Part shown: positions 26,899 through 40,935 of the stretch, piece after piece
Position numbering within the stretch: position 1 is the stretch's first letter
How the letters are laid out: each line of letters opens with the position of its first letter
Source: Psilocybe cubensis
Lineage: Eukaryota
Reading direction: 5' to 3'
Length of the DNA: 64,000 nucleotides
NCBI GenBank assembly: GCA_017499595.2
Contig: CM039008.1
Coordinates: forward strand, 1,302,001-1,366,000
Made by a program: the position numbers and the translations under genes
The notes under the pieces: model-generated
The model's database searches: none
Seen by the model: the letters and a program-made list of their open reading frames with translations, nothing else
What the model was told of the DNA's origin: nothing

Positions 26899-27837
26899 AA
26901 ACATGCCAGTAGATTCGTTCGATTCATTTGCCACCTAGACAAGGTAGTCATCAGCAAATTGCCATTTTGGGTTAAAGTATTAGTAGGCAGTATCATGATT
27001 AGTGTCACATGCTAGTGCTTGAGGAAGGCTTCCTGTGAATCGAATCTTATTGTGTCTTCTTCCATACTGATTTACGGAGTTATGACAATGCATTATTTCC
27101 AACTTCTTTTTTCAGAGGGCTTTTTTGAGGTTTTTATCACAATCATCAAAAATAGCAATTACCGAACTTCGGTGTAACCTTGTCCCGAAAATTGAACAGG
27201 TCCCAGAATAGCCTGATATGGGAAATAGTTAGTATATGGTATTCATGTCATCTGAGGTTTGACCTCATCTGGCCTATTTGGCTAACTTGAATTTCACATC
27301 TATAACACTCTCACTGCTCAAATTTTTCTCAAGAGTGATGAAATCTATAAATTGCATAAATTGCCAATAAAAACAGAGAGTCTCGCTAATCCATACTTCA
27401 CGTGTCAGCTCAAAAGTATCTTGCGACAACTGGATACATCAAATTCTCAAGGCGCCGGCTGTCATTCACATTTTCTATCATCAAATGGTCTACAAACCAC
27501 GGAGAAGTAGCTGCAAATTGCTTCTATCAACTATCATCCCGCTCTCATGATCAAACATGAAGAATTTATAGCTATTCTGTTTGTGCACAACGGCGATAAT
27601 GTGTATTACACTTTAGTAACCCACAAAGATGATTGATGCTACGCAAAGAAACTTCTACTTGGAATGGAGTGCTACAATGATGGTATCAGACTGGATTATC
27701 ATTAAATAGTAGGTCGACTGACTGCATATTAATGTCATTCTCCTGGACTCCTCATATACAGGTACGCTATGTAACCAAATTTGTGTCATCAAAGTCGGAT
27801 ATTCACTCACGTCCAATAGCTCTTCAGATTGTAGAAA

Positions 27838-30207
27838 ATGCAAACTTCACACCCTGAATCAAACTTTGTACCTCCGCCATTGGATTTGCCGCTGGAATAT
27901 GTATTCGATTTTAACGCTAGGGAGAATCCAAACCACCCTGCTTTTATCTACAATACCAAAGAAGACAACGGCATAGCAAATTGTACCTATAGACAGTTTA
28001 TCCCGGCAGTTCATCGTGTTGGTCATTCTATCATCAAGTCACTAGAGGCTCAGCGTTCTTTGAAGCAATATCCCGTCGTTGTTATCCTTTTAAAAACCAG
28101 TGAGATTAATTTTGGTAACCATTTCTACCATGAATCTTACATACCTTCAAACTTCCAGACACTGTAATATATGCGACCGCACTTGCCGTATGCTTTACTA
28201 ATGATTTACCAGGGACTTACATAAAGCTGACAGAAGTTAATAGGGATTATTGCGCGCAGGATGTGTCGCATTCCCCATATCAACACGGTTCTCTCCCACA
28301 GTAGTCTCCCACCTACTCAAAGAAACTAAACCAGTGGCCATTGTCGTCAACGCAGCCACTAGAGACTTGGCACTCCAAGCATCTGCAGAATATGCGGATC
28401 AGTTACTACTATGCGAATTGCCACCGCTATCTACGCTATACTCTGAGGGGGACGCTTATGACCCTTTACCTATGCATGAACGCAAACCGGGAGATATCTC
28501 AATAATCACTCACTCCTCAAGTTCCAGTTCTGTTTTTCCAAAGGTTATACCATGGACCAGTGAAACTATAACACATTTCGGAGAGGTCAGAGGTAACTGA
28601 CCGTTGAAATCTCGGCCCTTCAAGATTTTTACTTATCAAGAAACTAGAAACTCCACCTCATAACATGCCGAGACTCACTATAGGGAGTTTTTCACTCGAA
28701 CTCTTCCACTCCGTTGGCTTGTGTATATTCTTTATGATGGTACGACATCTTTTTATGTTTCTTCTCAACATTGCCAACTCTTTTATCCAGATTCGAAGGG
28801 GATGCAGTATGGCGGTCGTGGATCCTACAGATCCGAAATCTGTTGCCCCTATTGCTGAGAATGATTTATTTACATTCCTCAGACTATCAAAACCGGATTA
28901 TATGTTGATCCCTACATTCATTTTGGAGGTGGGACTTTTTTAAATTGCCTTTTCTGGCCGGTTCCAACTATTAGCAGCTCTGGGCCAAAGATCCACAGAA
29001 AGTCTTAGACCTTAGCGAGATCCCGACCATGCTTGTAAGATGACCAACTTTTATGTTCAATCAATGCCGCAGAACCTAACACTGCAACGTTTAAGTACTA
29101 CGGAGGGAGGTTCTTAAACAGAAGTGTGGGTAATAACTTGGTGAAAAGTGGGGTCAAGATTGGTACATGCTATGGCAGGTACGTAACAATTCATGATTGT
29201 TATATTCGTCGCTCACCCATGTATGAAGCACGGAATTTGGTCCATTGTCAATTTTACCGCGTAAGGAGCCTTATTGTTCAACGCATCCCAGCTCAATTCG
29301 TAGTATATTGCAGATTTCCAAGGAGAGGACTGGGAATATTGGACAATATCTGATCGCCCTGACATTAACTTTGTGCCTTGTGATGGAGGTTTACTCGAAA
29401 TTATAGTATCGGTCAGTCAAAATTCCATACCAAATTGCTAGTAAAAGAATCTGACAATGAAATACAGCCAACTGAGTCTCCAGACTACTTAGGCATAAAA
29501 AATACAACTTGGAAAGGGAAACCAGCATATAACCCCGGCGATCTGATCTTTCCTCACCCAAAGAAGCCCAATACCTACAAGATGTTCGGCCGATCAAGTG
29601 ATCAAATTTTACTGGCAACTGGCGAAACGGTAAGCCATTCCTTCTCCGAGCCATTCGACCGATTGAAAGTCTCATATGCGGTGGGAGATCAATCCTCTCG
29701 ACAGCGGTAAGGCAACAAAGACTGATGTTCTAGTAGCGATGCTGTCTAACGCAAAGATACAGAAGCCGAGCTTACCAAGCATCCAATGATATCATGCGTG
29801 ATCATGTTCGGCCAAAGTCGATTCAAACCAGGACTCATCGTCGAGCGAGCTAACCAAGATACCAATGAACAAGATTTTTTAGAAGAAATATGGCAAGTTG
29901 TTTGTGCCCTTCTTGTCGAATAAAACATACTGACACGATAAAAAATTCTACAAATAGGGAACATATACAAGAGATAAATTTAACGCTTCCACCTTATGCA
30001 TCAATTGAAAAAGATGCAAGTACTCTGTATCATTTAAGGAGTGTGATTTACTGATTGTGATATCGCACTCAGATGATTATAATTGCGGATAAAAATAAGC
30101 CGATCTCAATCTCTCCAAAGGGTTTACCTCGTAGGGCAGTAGCTTGGTTCGACTATCAGAACGAAATTGATTCTAAATATCTCAAGAGTATCAAAACTGT
30201 TGTGTAG
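27838..30207 (+). CDS. Stand-alone adenylate-forming (ANL) enzyme related to the A domain of fungal NRPS-like reductases; no T or R domain
   Basis: Exons join in frame by eye: GLLRAGCVAFPIS, HSSSSSSVFPK, LFHSVG, YGSTEFG, GDLIFPHP, GRSSD, FGQSRFKPG, SPKGLPRR, stop at 30205-30207. Confidence 0.85.
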
Positions 30208-31250
30208 AGTAAATGTCATCTCGGGCCTCGATCTCGGTCTGAGAGTACAGCTGTACCTTGGGTTTGAATCTCAAAATACTTGATAATCGAACGACTGTGC
30301 GCTATAAATGTTGATAGCAGTGTCCATAAATTCATTAACCTTGAAGGGACTATTGCAGAATATTTGTAATAATAACAAGACATTTCTAGCACTTCCGAAG
30401 TCGGTAGTGGGAGATAACGCTCGTTTTCGACACACTGAAGTCCATTCTCCCACGCCTTGCCGGGTCACACGGTCAATCTCCGACATCCCGAAAAACACTG
30501 GTTCAGTCAATATCTCCCTTCCTCTGCCTGTTATTTTGCACGTAAATTTTTCGGAAAACATTATATCACACATTACTTCTATTTTCTGTTGTCCTAGACT
30601 CGCATACCGCTATGTTTTGATTTCGGCATCTTGTCACCATTTCTCACGCTTTTGATCAGAGTCAAACAGGTCTGTATCGCTCACGCGCTAGACTTTCCTT
30701 GGATTGTTTTCGTCTTGAAATTGGTAGAATACCATGAATACAGATGTAGTATGTTAAACGTGTTTCATGCTATTAGGTTAAACAAGGCATTGACAAGGCA
30801 GCTTTGTACTTGAATGAGATATATTGAGGAGTACTGTTCGACACAGTAGCTAGCTCTAGGAGCAAGAATCCCTTGGTTTGCGTCTTTCTCATAGATTTAT
30901 GTCAGCTCTACTTTGTATCTCGTATATGCCTCCTCTCGCGCTCAAATTTATATCTTTGATTATGTCCCAGAGTGGTTAGAAGTAGTGATTGCCTTACACT
31001 CTCCCATTAGTATTAGCCAAGCTGTGATTTTGAGGCCTTTGTGAAAGCGCTGCCCGGCCCTACGCACCTTCTACAAGTGTTTGATAAACTCGTGATTAAT
31101 TTCTGTTTTAACGTTGCTCAGCATCTCACATGCTCGAGGCGCATCAATGTATTTCTAGGATTGGTTATCCAAAGGTACTCTGCGCACCTTGCAACATTTT
31201 CTTACAAGACGAATAGTCGTATCAATGATGAAATCGAATCACATTGCTCG

Positions 31251-33590
31251 TTAAAACAATTTTCTAAGAGTAGACTTGTACCAACCACCAGCAGACTCGG
31301 AAGTTGTCTCGTCGCGTCTGGCAATTACGTCCTCGGACATGTTGCCCTCGGTTGATTTCCTCACCCATAACCGAGCTCTATGAGCATTTAATTTGCGAAA
31401 ACTGATTTTACGACCATGTTTTCGTACAGGAATAAGTAAATCAACGAGGTAATCGTTGATTTCAAGCAAGGCGTCTGCATTGCTCTCTCGAAGGTTGAGT
31501 TCAAGTCTAAGTTACAAAAAGTCAATTTTTGACCATCAACAAACACAATTCAGCATTGAATAACGCACATAATGTCACGATTGAAGATGTCAATCAAGAA
31601 TATACAAAGATTTTTGACTTTATTACGCCCTTCCGGAGATTCGACAAGAGAAGCCGTGGCGGACTGAAATGCTTGAAGAATATCATTTACAGAGATGTCG
31701 GATTTCTTCAGCTTAATCGAGTCCCTCATAAACTTGCGAATAGGTCCAGAAAATGCCAGAGTTATCCATTCAATAAAAAATTGAAGATGGTGAGTGACCA
31801 AGTCCGATTCATGGTCTGGATGCTGCAGATACATAATCATTCAGTCATTTTTTTGGAATTTCTGAAAAACAAACACACCGGGAGATCTTTCATGTCTAAT
31901 AGAAACTGACAAATAAGATTCACCTCTTCCCAATAAACATACATTTCATCACGCGAGGTTGACAAAAGTCCAAGAAAATCAGCGTCGTACAACTCGTCTA
32001 GAAACTTGTTTTGAAGCACAGAGTTCGGTTTTAACATACAAAACTGATCGTAGTGGTCACATAAAAGGCGTGAGGTATGGAATTGACTAACACCTAGTAC
32101 ACCAAGAATACAAGTTTGTTCGATAAGTAAGTTTCTGGTATTTATGAGTCGAAAAATGAGAACCTACTGCTGATAGACAACTTCAAGACAGAAGTGGCAA
32201 GCATGATATGAGCCGCTCCCTTGTCCAGATAGAATCTACCTGAACGCGCCTCCTCAAATATAAAGTCGGAAAATGAGGCGTGATACATTCGCAGATTTTC
32301 GTCTGGGGTTTCGGGCACATATACAATCGAATGCAAGTCGCATAGTGCAATCTTCACTGTTCCCGGTTGGAAAGAATGCAATGATTCGATCGATGTTGCG
32401 GTTGGAGGCAATAGCGACGAGCTCCCCAAGACCAATGTAACAATTATTTTCGATGCGGTGTCAAAATCCTCAACACCCAGCAGAATTTGTCGATATAGGG
32501 AGTCCAGAGAAGCAAATGGATTGTCGCTTTTAGGAATAGATTGCTTTAAAAGATGAGACAACCTTGTGATAGGGGAATGCCGACGTGAACCAACATACTT
32601 TATGATAGTCGAGGCATAGATAAAGTGACCTTGCGACCTCATCAAAAGCTGGTTCATTTCGTTCTCTGATGGCCAAATTGGCGGGAAGTGCTCCTTTGCG
32701 GGGTGATTGTGCTTTATTGTCCGAAATTCTGACAAGAGAAAAGTCTTGATGTCGATATCAGTATCGTCAGAAATGTTGTCGAGGTTTATGCTGACTGTTA
32801 GGGATTTCAAGGGATCATTATGGAATGTCTCTCGTATATGTTGCTCAGGACGACATAGAACCATTACAGAGATCGGGATTGGGGCTTTGACCACGACAGA
32901 CGAAAGGACATCGAGTATGAGACGCTGTGCCTGAGGGTGTGAACATTCATCCAGCCCATCGACTACGACAAGTGTCGCAGTACGTGACCTCAGGCCTTGT
33001 CCGTCGTGATCGTTGTGAATGATTTCGTTCAAGGGTCCAATTATCAGCTTTTCCATCTGGTCAGCAAGAGATAAGGAAAACAACTGTGGATCCCTTTCTA
33101 CAGCATCTAATACCGATGCTCGTGTTTCTGGTAGGTACTGCATGATTTGATACGCAAGTGTTGGTATGAACAGCGTCTCGGTATGTCGATTTGGCACACC
33201 ACGGGCGAAAAAGAAGCTCCCTAGTAGTTTGCCAGTATGAAAACACATCTCTGCAATGCTCTGCGCAATTGCCGATTTCCCGACACCAGCAGAGCCGTAA
33301 ACCCACATTATTTGAGGCGATTTTACTGAATCGTCCAACCAATTTAGAATTGTTTGGAAGATGGCCTCGCGTGTGTTTGGGTGGCATTTAGGAGGATCAA
33401 AGCGTTCGGCAGAGTTGTGGGATGCCCCGGTGGCAATCTTCGAGGACAGCAGGGCAAGCGCTAGTCGCAGATAAGCACTAAGACCATGTAATCTTTCATG
33501 ATACGTACAACTCGAGACGGTTGCGGGTGGTTGCGTGTGGATGAATGTCCCGCCGCTGATGAGCACGTTGCTTGCATTTGGAAAAGACAT
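31251..33590 (-). CDS. NACHT-domain NLR-like protein (3' exon structure uncertain)
   Basis: HNSAERFDPPKCHPNTRE, Walker A GSAGVGKS, Walker B LVVVDGLDEC, CRPE, FIYAST, HASFSDF. Confidence 0.9.
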
Positions 33591-35204
33591 GAGCCTTTGG
33601 TCTCGGGAGTGAGGGAGGTAATGTACCAGCGTTAGTTGTGATATATGATTCGCATGAGGACAAACCTCAACTACAGTTGGGCATGGGAGACTTCAATCGA
33701 GGCAGTGCGTGTCAGTGAGACTTGAGATCAAATATTGAATATAATTCAGTACTCACTGGTCACTAGCACTCAAGCTGACCACTTCCTAACTTTCAACAAC
33801 AGGATGTAGTACGTCACGAGATAGAATATCTGCGTATGCGCTTATAACGCATTCAGAAAATGTATAAGATAAGACCAGGGGACGATGACGATTGTCAAAT
33901 GTGGGTGTAAACCAATGCCCATCTGGCAAAGGAAAAGTGATGCGTGACGCTGACGACCGTCGACTTGCCACCCTGTCCGTCGCAGATCGAAATGCCGACC
34001 AAATGCCGAAATAGATAGGTTGGTTGAGCAGGAATCGACCATCTGGTTTCCCTCCAGCTTCCTGGTCTCTCTATTGCCATTATGTGCTTTCCTCTCCTAT
34101 TTCTTAATCGTCTTGGAGCCTTCGTTCTTAATCTTCTGCAGTCGACGCACACTACTGCTACATATGCCGGGCGCATGTCTATCCAATTAGGATCAATCGA
34201 TCAACTTTTCTATCCTCCACTGCTGGGTGGTCCTCGATGAATGTTCGGCAAAGAACTCAGATAGCCACTGATACTCAGATAAAGACGTAACATACCATTG
34301 TTTTATGACTGAAGTTTTCATCTGCGGCTACTTTTAGTTGCGCTTTAATTATTTACGAGAATCATTGAGCGGATTTGCAGTATGTATTGTGATTAGATCG
34401 AAGAAATGCCCTGTCTCTGAGTGGATAAATAAAAGGTACTCGAGCGCGTACACTGTAGTCGTGCTGCCTACATTCAAATACAGAAGTTTCAAATCTAGTA
34501 AAAAGCTTCTGCTATGCGCGTATCCGAAATTTCTCCCTCTATCGATACCTGCTCTTCAGCGATATTGTACTGATATAACTTTCCGGAGAAACGTAGTGAT
34601 CCACGCTATTTGCCTATGGAAATTAAAGGGTAATAATAACAGAGGTAAAATCGTAATGTCTCTGTATGCAATCTGTGTTGTACTCAAAATTACTTAGCAT
34701 GCAGGCGTGAAGGTAATTTTTGAGGGGTATCCTTGACGCGAGTAAGGACAAGCGCCAAAAGTACATGACTTCGTTCTTCAATCTACAGTTGTAGAGAAAA
34801 AAATGGCTGGCCAGTCATACGCGTCCGGGAATTACCTCCGTTCCGTGTCCTCTGTAAACACAGCCTTCAGGACCAGGATATCTCAGGAAGAAATAAACCC
34901 CACGCAGCTAAATAAGCGCGCACAGCTTATGACGTTGTGTGTAGTGGGTGCCATTTTCATGTCATAGCGGTGCGTTGCAGTGCTGGACGACGCGCAAAAC
35001 TGAAGTCTACGGGAATTGAGAAATGAGTGACAATCGGAGCTGCGTGTTGAGGCTCCCTTGGGACTCGGCGATTGCCGAGATGCAGCTTTGACCTGATTGC
35101 GCCAACGGATAGCCTGAGCCCTCCAGGCTTTATAACAGCAGCCACCACCACACCTACATTCTCTACAAACCCTCCCCTTCTCGCAGCACACTTTCGCCCA
35201 TATA

Positions 35205-36092
<888 letters not shown>

Positions 36093-36278
36093 TCTTCAAA
36101 TCCTTTAGTTTAGTACAATGTAGTCTTTTACTTCAAATTTGCTTGTATTACGATGAATGTGTGCAAAGAGCGATATACATTAACGGACAACGTACAATAA
36201 ACTGCTACAAAATTATATGTGAATGGAAATTTCGTATTAGTTCATCCTGAGCCCCATTAAGGATGCGAAAAATGACAG

Positions 36279-36364
36279 TGCCCGTTGGCTGGATTGAACA
36301 ACCGACCTCACCATAGCGCAGAAGATGATACGAGTGGCGCGCTCTACGACTGAGCTAAACGGGC
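36279..36364 (-). tRNA. tRNA-Thr(CGT) with 14-nt intron
   Basis: GCCCGTT TA GCTC AGTCGTA GAGC G CGCCA CT CGT A [intron] A TGGTG AGGTC GGTTG TTCAATC CAGCC AACGGGC A folds as a cloverleaf; T-run terminator downstream. Confidence 0.88.
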
Positions 36365-36811
36365 TGATGGCAAAGTTTGCAAATGTGGGTCCCAGTGGGC
36401 GCTAATGTTCGAGGACTTTTCCTGAACGGCGCCAGCCGATCTAAGCTAGTCCGACTTCAAGGTTAGGCCCGACTCATCCTGTAGGGATTGATCACCGATC
36501 TGAGCTATTTTATCGCTATGCCAACATATAGCAAACAACCTGATATCCTATATGCTTACTGTGGTCGTACTGGGATGGAGAGCACAGTGCCCGGACTCGA
36601 TGGAAGACCATGTGGATTAGGTGTTAAAACCGTAGCCAGTCTCTAGCTTTAATGTAACAGTCTGTCGACGATAACTGTGTCAACTAAGCTTGGCATAAAG
36701 ATAGAAATAGATTGCAGTTGATAACGGTTGGAAACCATCGAGAGTATTGTCTAATTAACACGACATTACCATTAATTTCGCAGCTAGAGAAAAAGATGGC
36801 AATAAAAGAAA

Positions 36812-36900
36812 TGCCCGCTGGCTGGTTTGAACAACCGACCTCACCATACCTGCCTACGCAATCGTACGAGTGGCGCGCTCTACCACTGAGCTAAGCGGGC
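36812..36900 (-). tRNA. tRNA-Thr(CGT) with 17-nt intron
   Basis: GCCCGCTTAGCTCAGTGGTAGAGCGCGCCACTCGTA[intron]ATGGTGAGGTCGGTTGTTCAAACCAGCCAGCGGGCA. Confidence 0.92.
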
Positions 36901-37337
36901 GTTACAAAGATGCATAACTTAAAATATAGGTCGCGACATTATTCCGGCTACGTTGCTACTTCAGTTTTGCTCCAAATCCCATACGATAAGCGCCCTACCA
37001 CTGAGTGAAATGTCGTATTAGAAAGATAAAGTTAAGGCACACCTTCTTGGATTTTATTTCAGCCGTGCTGATAGAAAATTTGACGAGTTGATACTAATCA
37101 ACCATGCATGCACGCCTGTGAAACACCTGTCCGCTTGATAACTCGGTAGCGCTGACTTTCTGTCAAAATTTGAACAACGGTGGAATGGAGTACATAGCTG
37201 ACACACGGTTGCTATATTTGTCTTAGTGATGAGACCAATATTCCGACGATGCATCCAATAAAATGTCAGTCATATATTAATCTCTCCGCCTCACTCTGAA
37301 ACGTCTTCTATAGACCTCCCTTCATGATCCTATTGAA

Positions 37338-38849
37338 ATGGCTAACCTTCAATCGATATTCGACCCACTCATTCATACAGAAGTGACGTTCCTTCAGGCC
37401 GCCATCGCAGCTGGCTTGGTATGTGGACATTGCTCTGTGGCAACATTAGACCTAAATAGCGAGATGATGACGCAGGCAGAAACCATTCTTTACGGTATGA
37501 TATTCTTCAAATTCAGCTCATCTTCTCAAAGTTGAACGAATTTGGTGGCAGGAATCCATTGTGTTCTATTTTTTCTGTGCATCTACATTCTCTTGCGAAA
37601 CAGACGTTCAACGCAGTGGTTTATCCTTGCCTCTGCGGTTATCATGTTTGCTATATCGACTGCAGACACTGCATTAACTATGCGTGTACTGACCCATGGC
37701 ATCACCGACCTGATACTCAATCCTTTAAAAATTCCTGATGTGCTTAAATTAATTGCCCAAAAAAACCCTTTGTTTGTTACCAATAAGTGCTAAACCTTTC
37801 TGCCTCATTCTCTGGAAACGAATTCATTGTATTTTTTTAGTTTTATGGCTGATCTCATTCTAGTAAGCCGACCTCTGCTGCATGAGATGCTTGCCTGCTA
37901 AACAGAATACAAGTTATATCGGTGTTACATGGTATGGGGCAAGTCAAAATACATTCTCATGGGAGCTTCCCTTCTCGTGTTGGCCGATACTAGTGAGTCT
38001 CAAGTTTGAAGAGATATCCATGTTTAAAAGATTGTTACCTATGATCAACAAAGTCTGGGGATATATTACCATGGGACCCGCCGTTCTCCTACTGTCCCCC
38101 TTTTTCCCTTTCTACGTGTGGTCGATACTGGGGATCAACATCGTATTGACTATTACGACAGGTAAGGTCATGCTTGAAACCACCTTTCATGACAACTAAT
38201 TTTTATGGCAGTCAGCCGCATCATTTGGGTGTTCATAATCGCTAGACGTGTTGTAGGGGGGAGGCAACTTCAAGGATACCAAACTGCCATAGCCGTAGTG
38301 TGAGCCTTTTGATCTGTTCACTCAATGGGGTGTGGACCACCCGATTACTCATTCATTTATTAGTGTGGAATCCAGCCTCGTTTACTCTGCATGTATTCTT
38401 GGTTATATACTGTTCCCTAAAAATTCCCCATATACAGTATGTCACTCTCGGACAGAAACCAGTGACGCAAGTTAAAAATCTATTCAGATGGTCATAATCG
38501 TCGTTGCTTTTCGACTAGTGGTATGTCATAAGTCTCGCCATTAGTCGTGTAAACTAAATCCATATGTCAGGCAATCATGCCGACCCTTTTGATCGTACAA
38601 GTTGGGCTGGGGCGAGTCATAAGAGAGGGTGATTATACCACTGCCACTATCTCGGAGCGTGAACTTCGCTTTACAAGCGTTGTCCTTGACACTTTCATTA
38701 CTACACATGGATCGCATGACAGACAAACAGGCACCCTTCCATTCGACGAGGAAGATTTAGAAGTCGGTCAGAGTAGAAGCAAGGATGAATCTTTAATAAT
38801 GCCGGCGAGCGACCTTCCTCCCACGACAGTGTTAAATAACACATCATGA
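37338..38849 (+). CDS. Multi-pass (about 7 TM) membrane protein, paralog 1
   Basis: ETILYGIHCVLF, MFAISTAD, ADLILLYRCYMVWG, VESSLVYS, IMPTLLIVQVGLG. Confidence 0.8.
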
Positions 38850-39558
38850 ATTTTTTCAAAAGATTGATTGTGGCCAAATTGTGGCCTCTTTAACCAGTTC
38901 GGTATCTTGAAAACGTTGAACCAACAGTATAAAATTGTTCCGTGTATTTGGGTAAGCAAGATTTTTAGGCCATTTTTATTTGACTTTCAGAAGAGTTTTA
39001 CTAGTGTTGAAACGTTGAATGTTAGAAGACGTTGACGGTAAGGGAGTGTGAGAAATAAATCGGTGTTCGAACTTGAGTTTGAAATTTGATCATTGCCAGC
39101 GCCCACCTTGTCACCAAATGAAGTCAAGCCAAAGTTAAACGATAAACAGCGATGAATTTCTGTAATCTTGCTACAACCATGGCCCCAAACTTAGAACATA
39201 CGAGCGGCAGCCGCAATTGTGACAGTTGTTTCAAAGAAAAAATGACCAGTACTACCGACTGCCACTGTTCTATTCGCCCAGGCTGATTCCCTTTCCCAGG
39301 ATATTTTGATGGTATCAATCCTGGACTGTCAACGGTCCGCTCAACACATATCTGTCCAGCAATACTCGTTTAAAGCAAAATGTGCCATCGGCGCTGAAGA
39401 CGTGTCAGGGAGACTGCGGTCGGTGTGGACGACCCGCGACATCTGTCAGTGGAAATGGATACGATAAAATGTTGACGGCAAACTGAAGCACACAGTTTAA
39501 ACACGCCCTTCGAGTTAAAACATCTCCTGGGATCTACTTTCACACTGATTGGGCGCGT

Positions 39559-40935
39559 ATGACGGTCAGATTGGAGGCATCACCCAGTCAAGGTGTAGGA
39601 ACCGATGCATCCCTCCTTCGAGCAGTAATTACTGGTAGCTTGGTGGGTTCTGAATCATTCATTTCGATGATACTTCAACAACACTTATGCTATATACTTA
39701 CCGACAAGGCCGAGACAATCCTTTACGGTATCATCAATTTCTTTACACTCAGTCGGCTAAATATCACCTTTTTGTCAGGAATTCACTGTGTACTGTTCAG
39801 CGTGTGCATGCATATTCTTTTGCGAAAAAAGCAATCAAATCAGTGGTTTATGCTTTTTTCTGCCGCCATTATGTTTGCTCTGTCCACTGCTGACGTTGCA
39901 ATAACTATACGTTTCCTCTCGCATGACATCGCCCAGCTGATAACCACATCAACTAGCCTTCCGGTCTTGATGAGATCGCTCGAGTTAAAGAATCCCTTTT
40001 TCGTCACCAATAAGTATGCCAATTCTTCTACGTCATTTGGTATGCCTTACCAGCGCCTCAGTTTTATCTCAGATCTCATTTTAGTAAGTAACACCCACTC
40101 CTTAATTCCATTCAATGAACATATTGTAAAGCTACACCGATGTTACATGGTATGGGGACGGTCAAAATATGCCTTGATTGGTTCTTCTTTCCTTGTTCTA
40201 GTCGACACCAGTGGGTTTCCATACTTGTATGTGCTCTCACTGTTGGACTAATTATAACAAGTTTGGGGATATATCGGCATGGGCCCAGGCATTACCTCGG
40301 CTTCACCTTTTTTAATCGTCTACCTGTGGTCAGTATTTTCTATCAATATAATAATGACGTCTGTAACAGGTGATAATCGGCCAGTTTTCTTCATTGCGAG
40401 AAATTTACCTTTACTTTACAGTTGGCCGTATATATTGGCTTTCTAGGGCAGCAAAATATTTTATCGGAACCAGGCAGCTTCAGAGTTACCATACAGCCAT
40501 AGCCGTAATGTGAGTAATCTGTCAATTTTTATTGAGCTTGCTTAGTTGATTTCCATCCCAGTACAGAATCCAGTCTGGTGTACTCAACACTAGTTCTAGT
40601 CTACGTGACTTTACCAAGATCATCGTCTTCCAGGGTAAGTTTCAGCTGAATATTCTCGTAGTTGACACACGGGCTTAAATTCAATCAGCTGGTTATGATA
40701 TTTATCTGTATGAGATTAGTGGTATGTTCGAATATCATAATTTGAAGCTTTGCGACCATTGACCAGTATGCATGTTTTTATACGTCAGACAATCATGCCC
40801 ACGTTGTTGATTGTTCAGGTTGGCCTTGGGCGCGTTTTACAAGAGAGTGCCTTCACCGGTACCGCAAATTCGGAAGAACTTTCATCTCGCTTTGGAACCG
40901 TCGTCCTCGAGACTGTTGAGGCGCGGGGGGTCTAG
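39559..40935 (+). CDS. Multi-pass (about 7 TM) membrane protein, paralog 2
   Basis: Same motifs and intron positions as paralog 1: ETILYGIHCVLF, MFALSTAD, HRCYMVWG, TESSLVYS, IMPTLLIVQVGLG. Confidence 0.8.

Noticed and set aside
16738-30207. Known mushroom clusters (psilocybin, ibotenic acid, luciferin, strobilurin)
   Set aside because: Their diagnostic genes (decarboxylase/kinase/P450, dioxygenase/FMO, PKS) are not seen in the window
30271-30813. Short ORFs between the A-enzyme and NACHT genes as the missing T-R domains or an NLR effector
   Set aside because: No GxDS carrier motif, Rossmann motif or amyloid-like motif found
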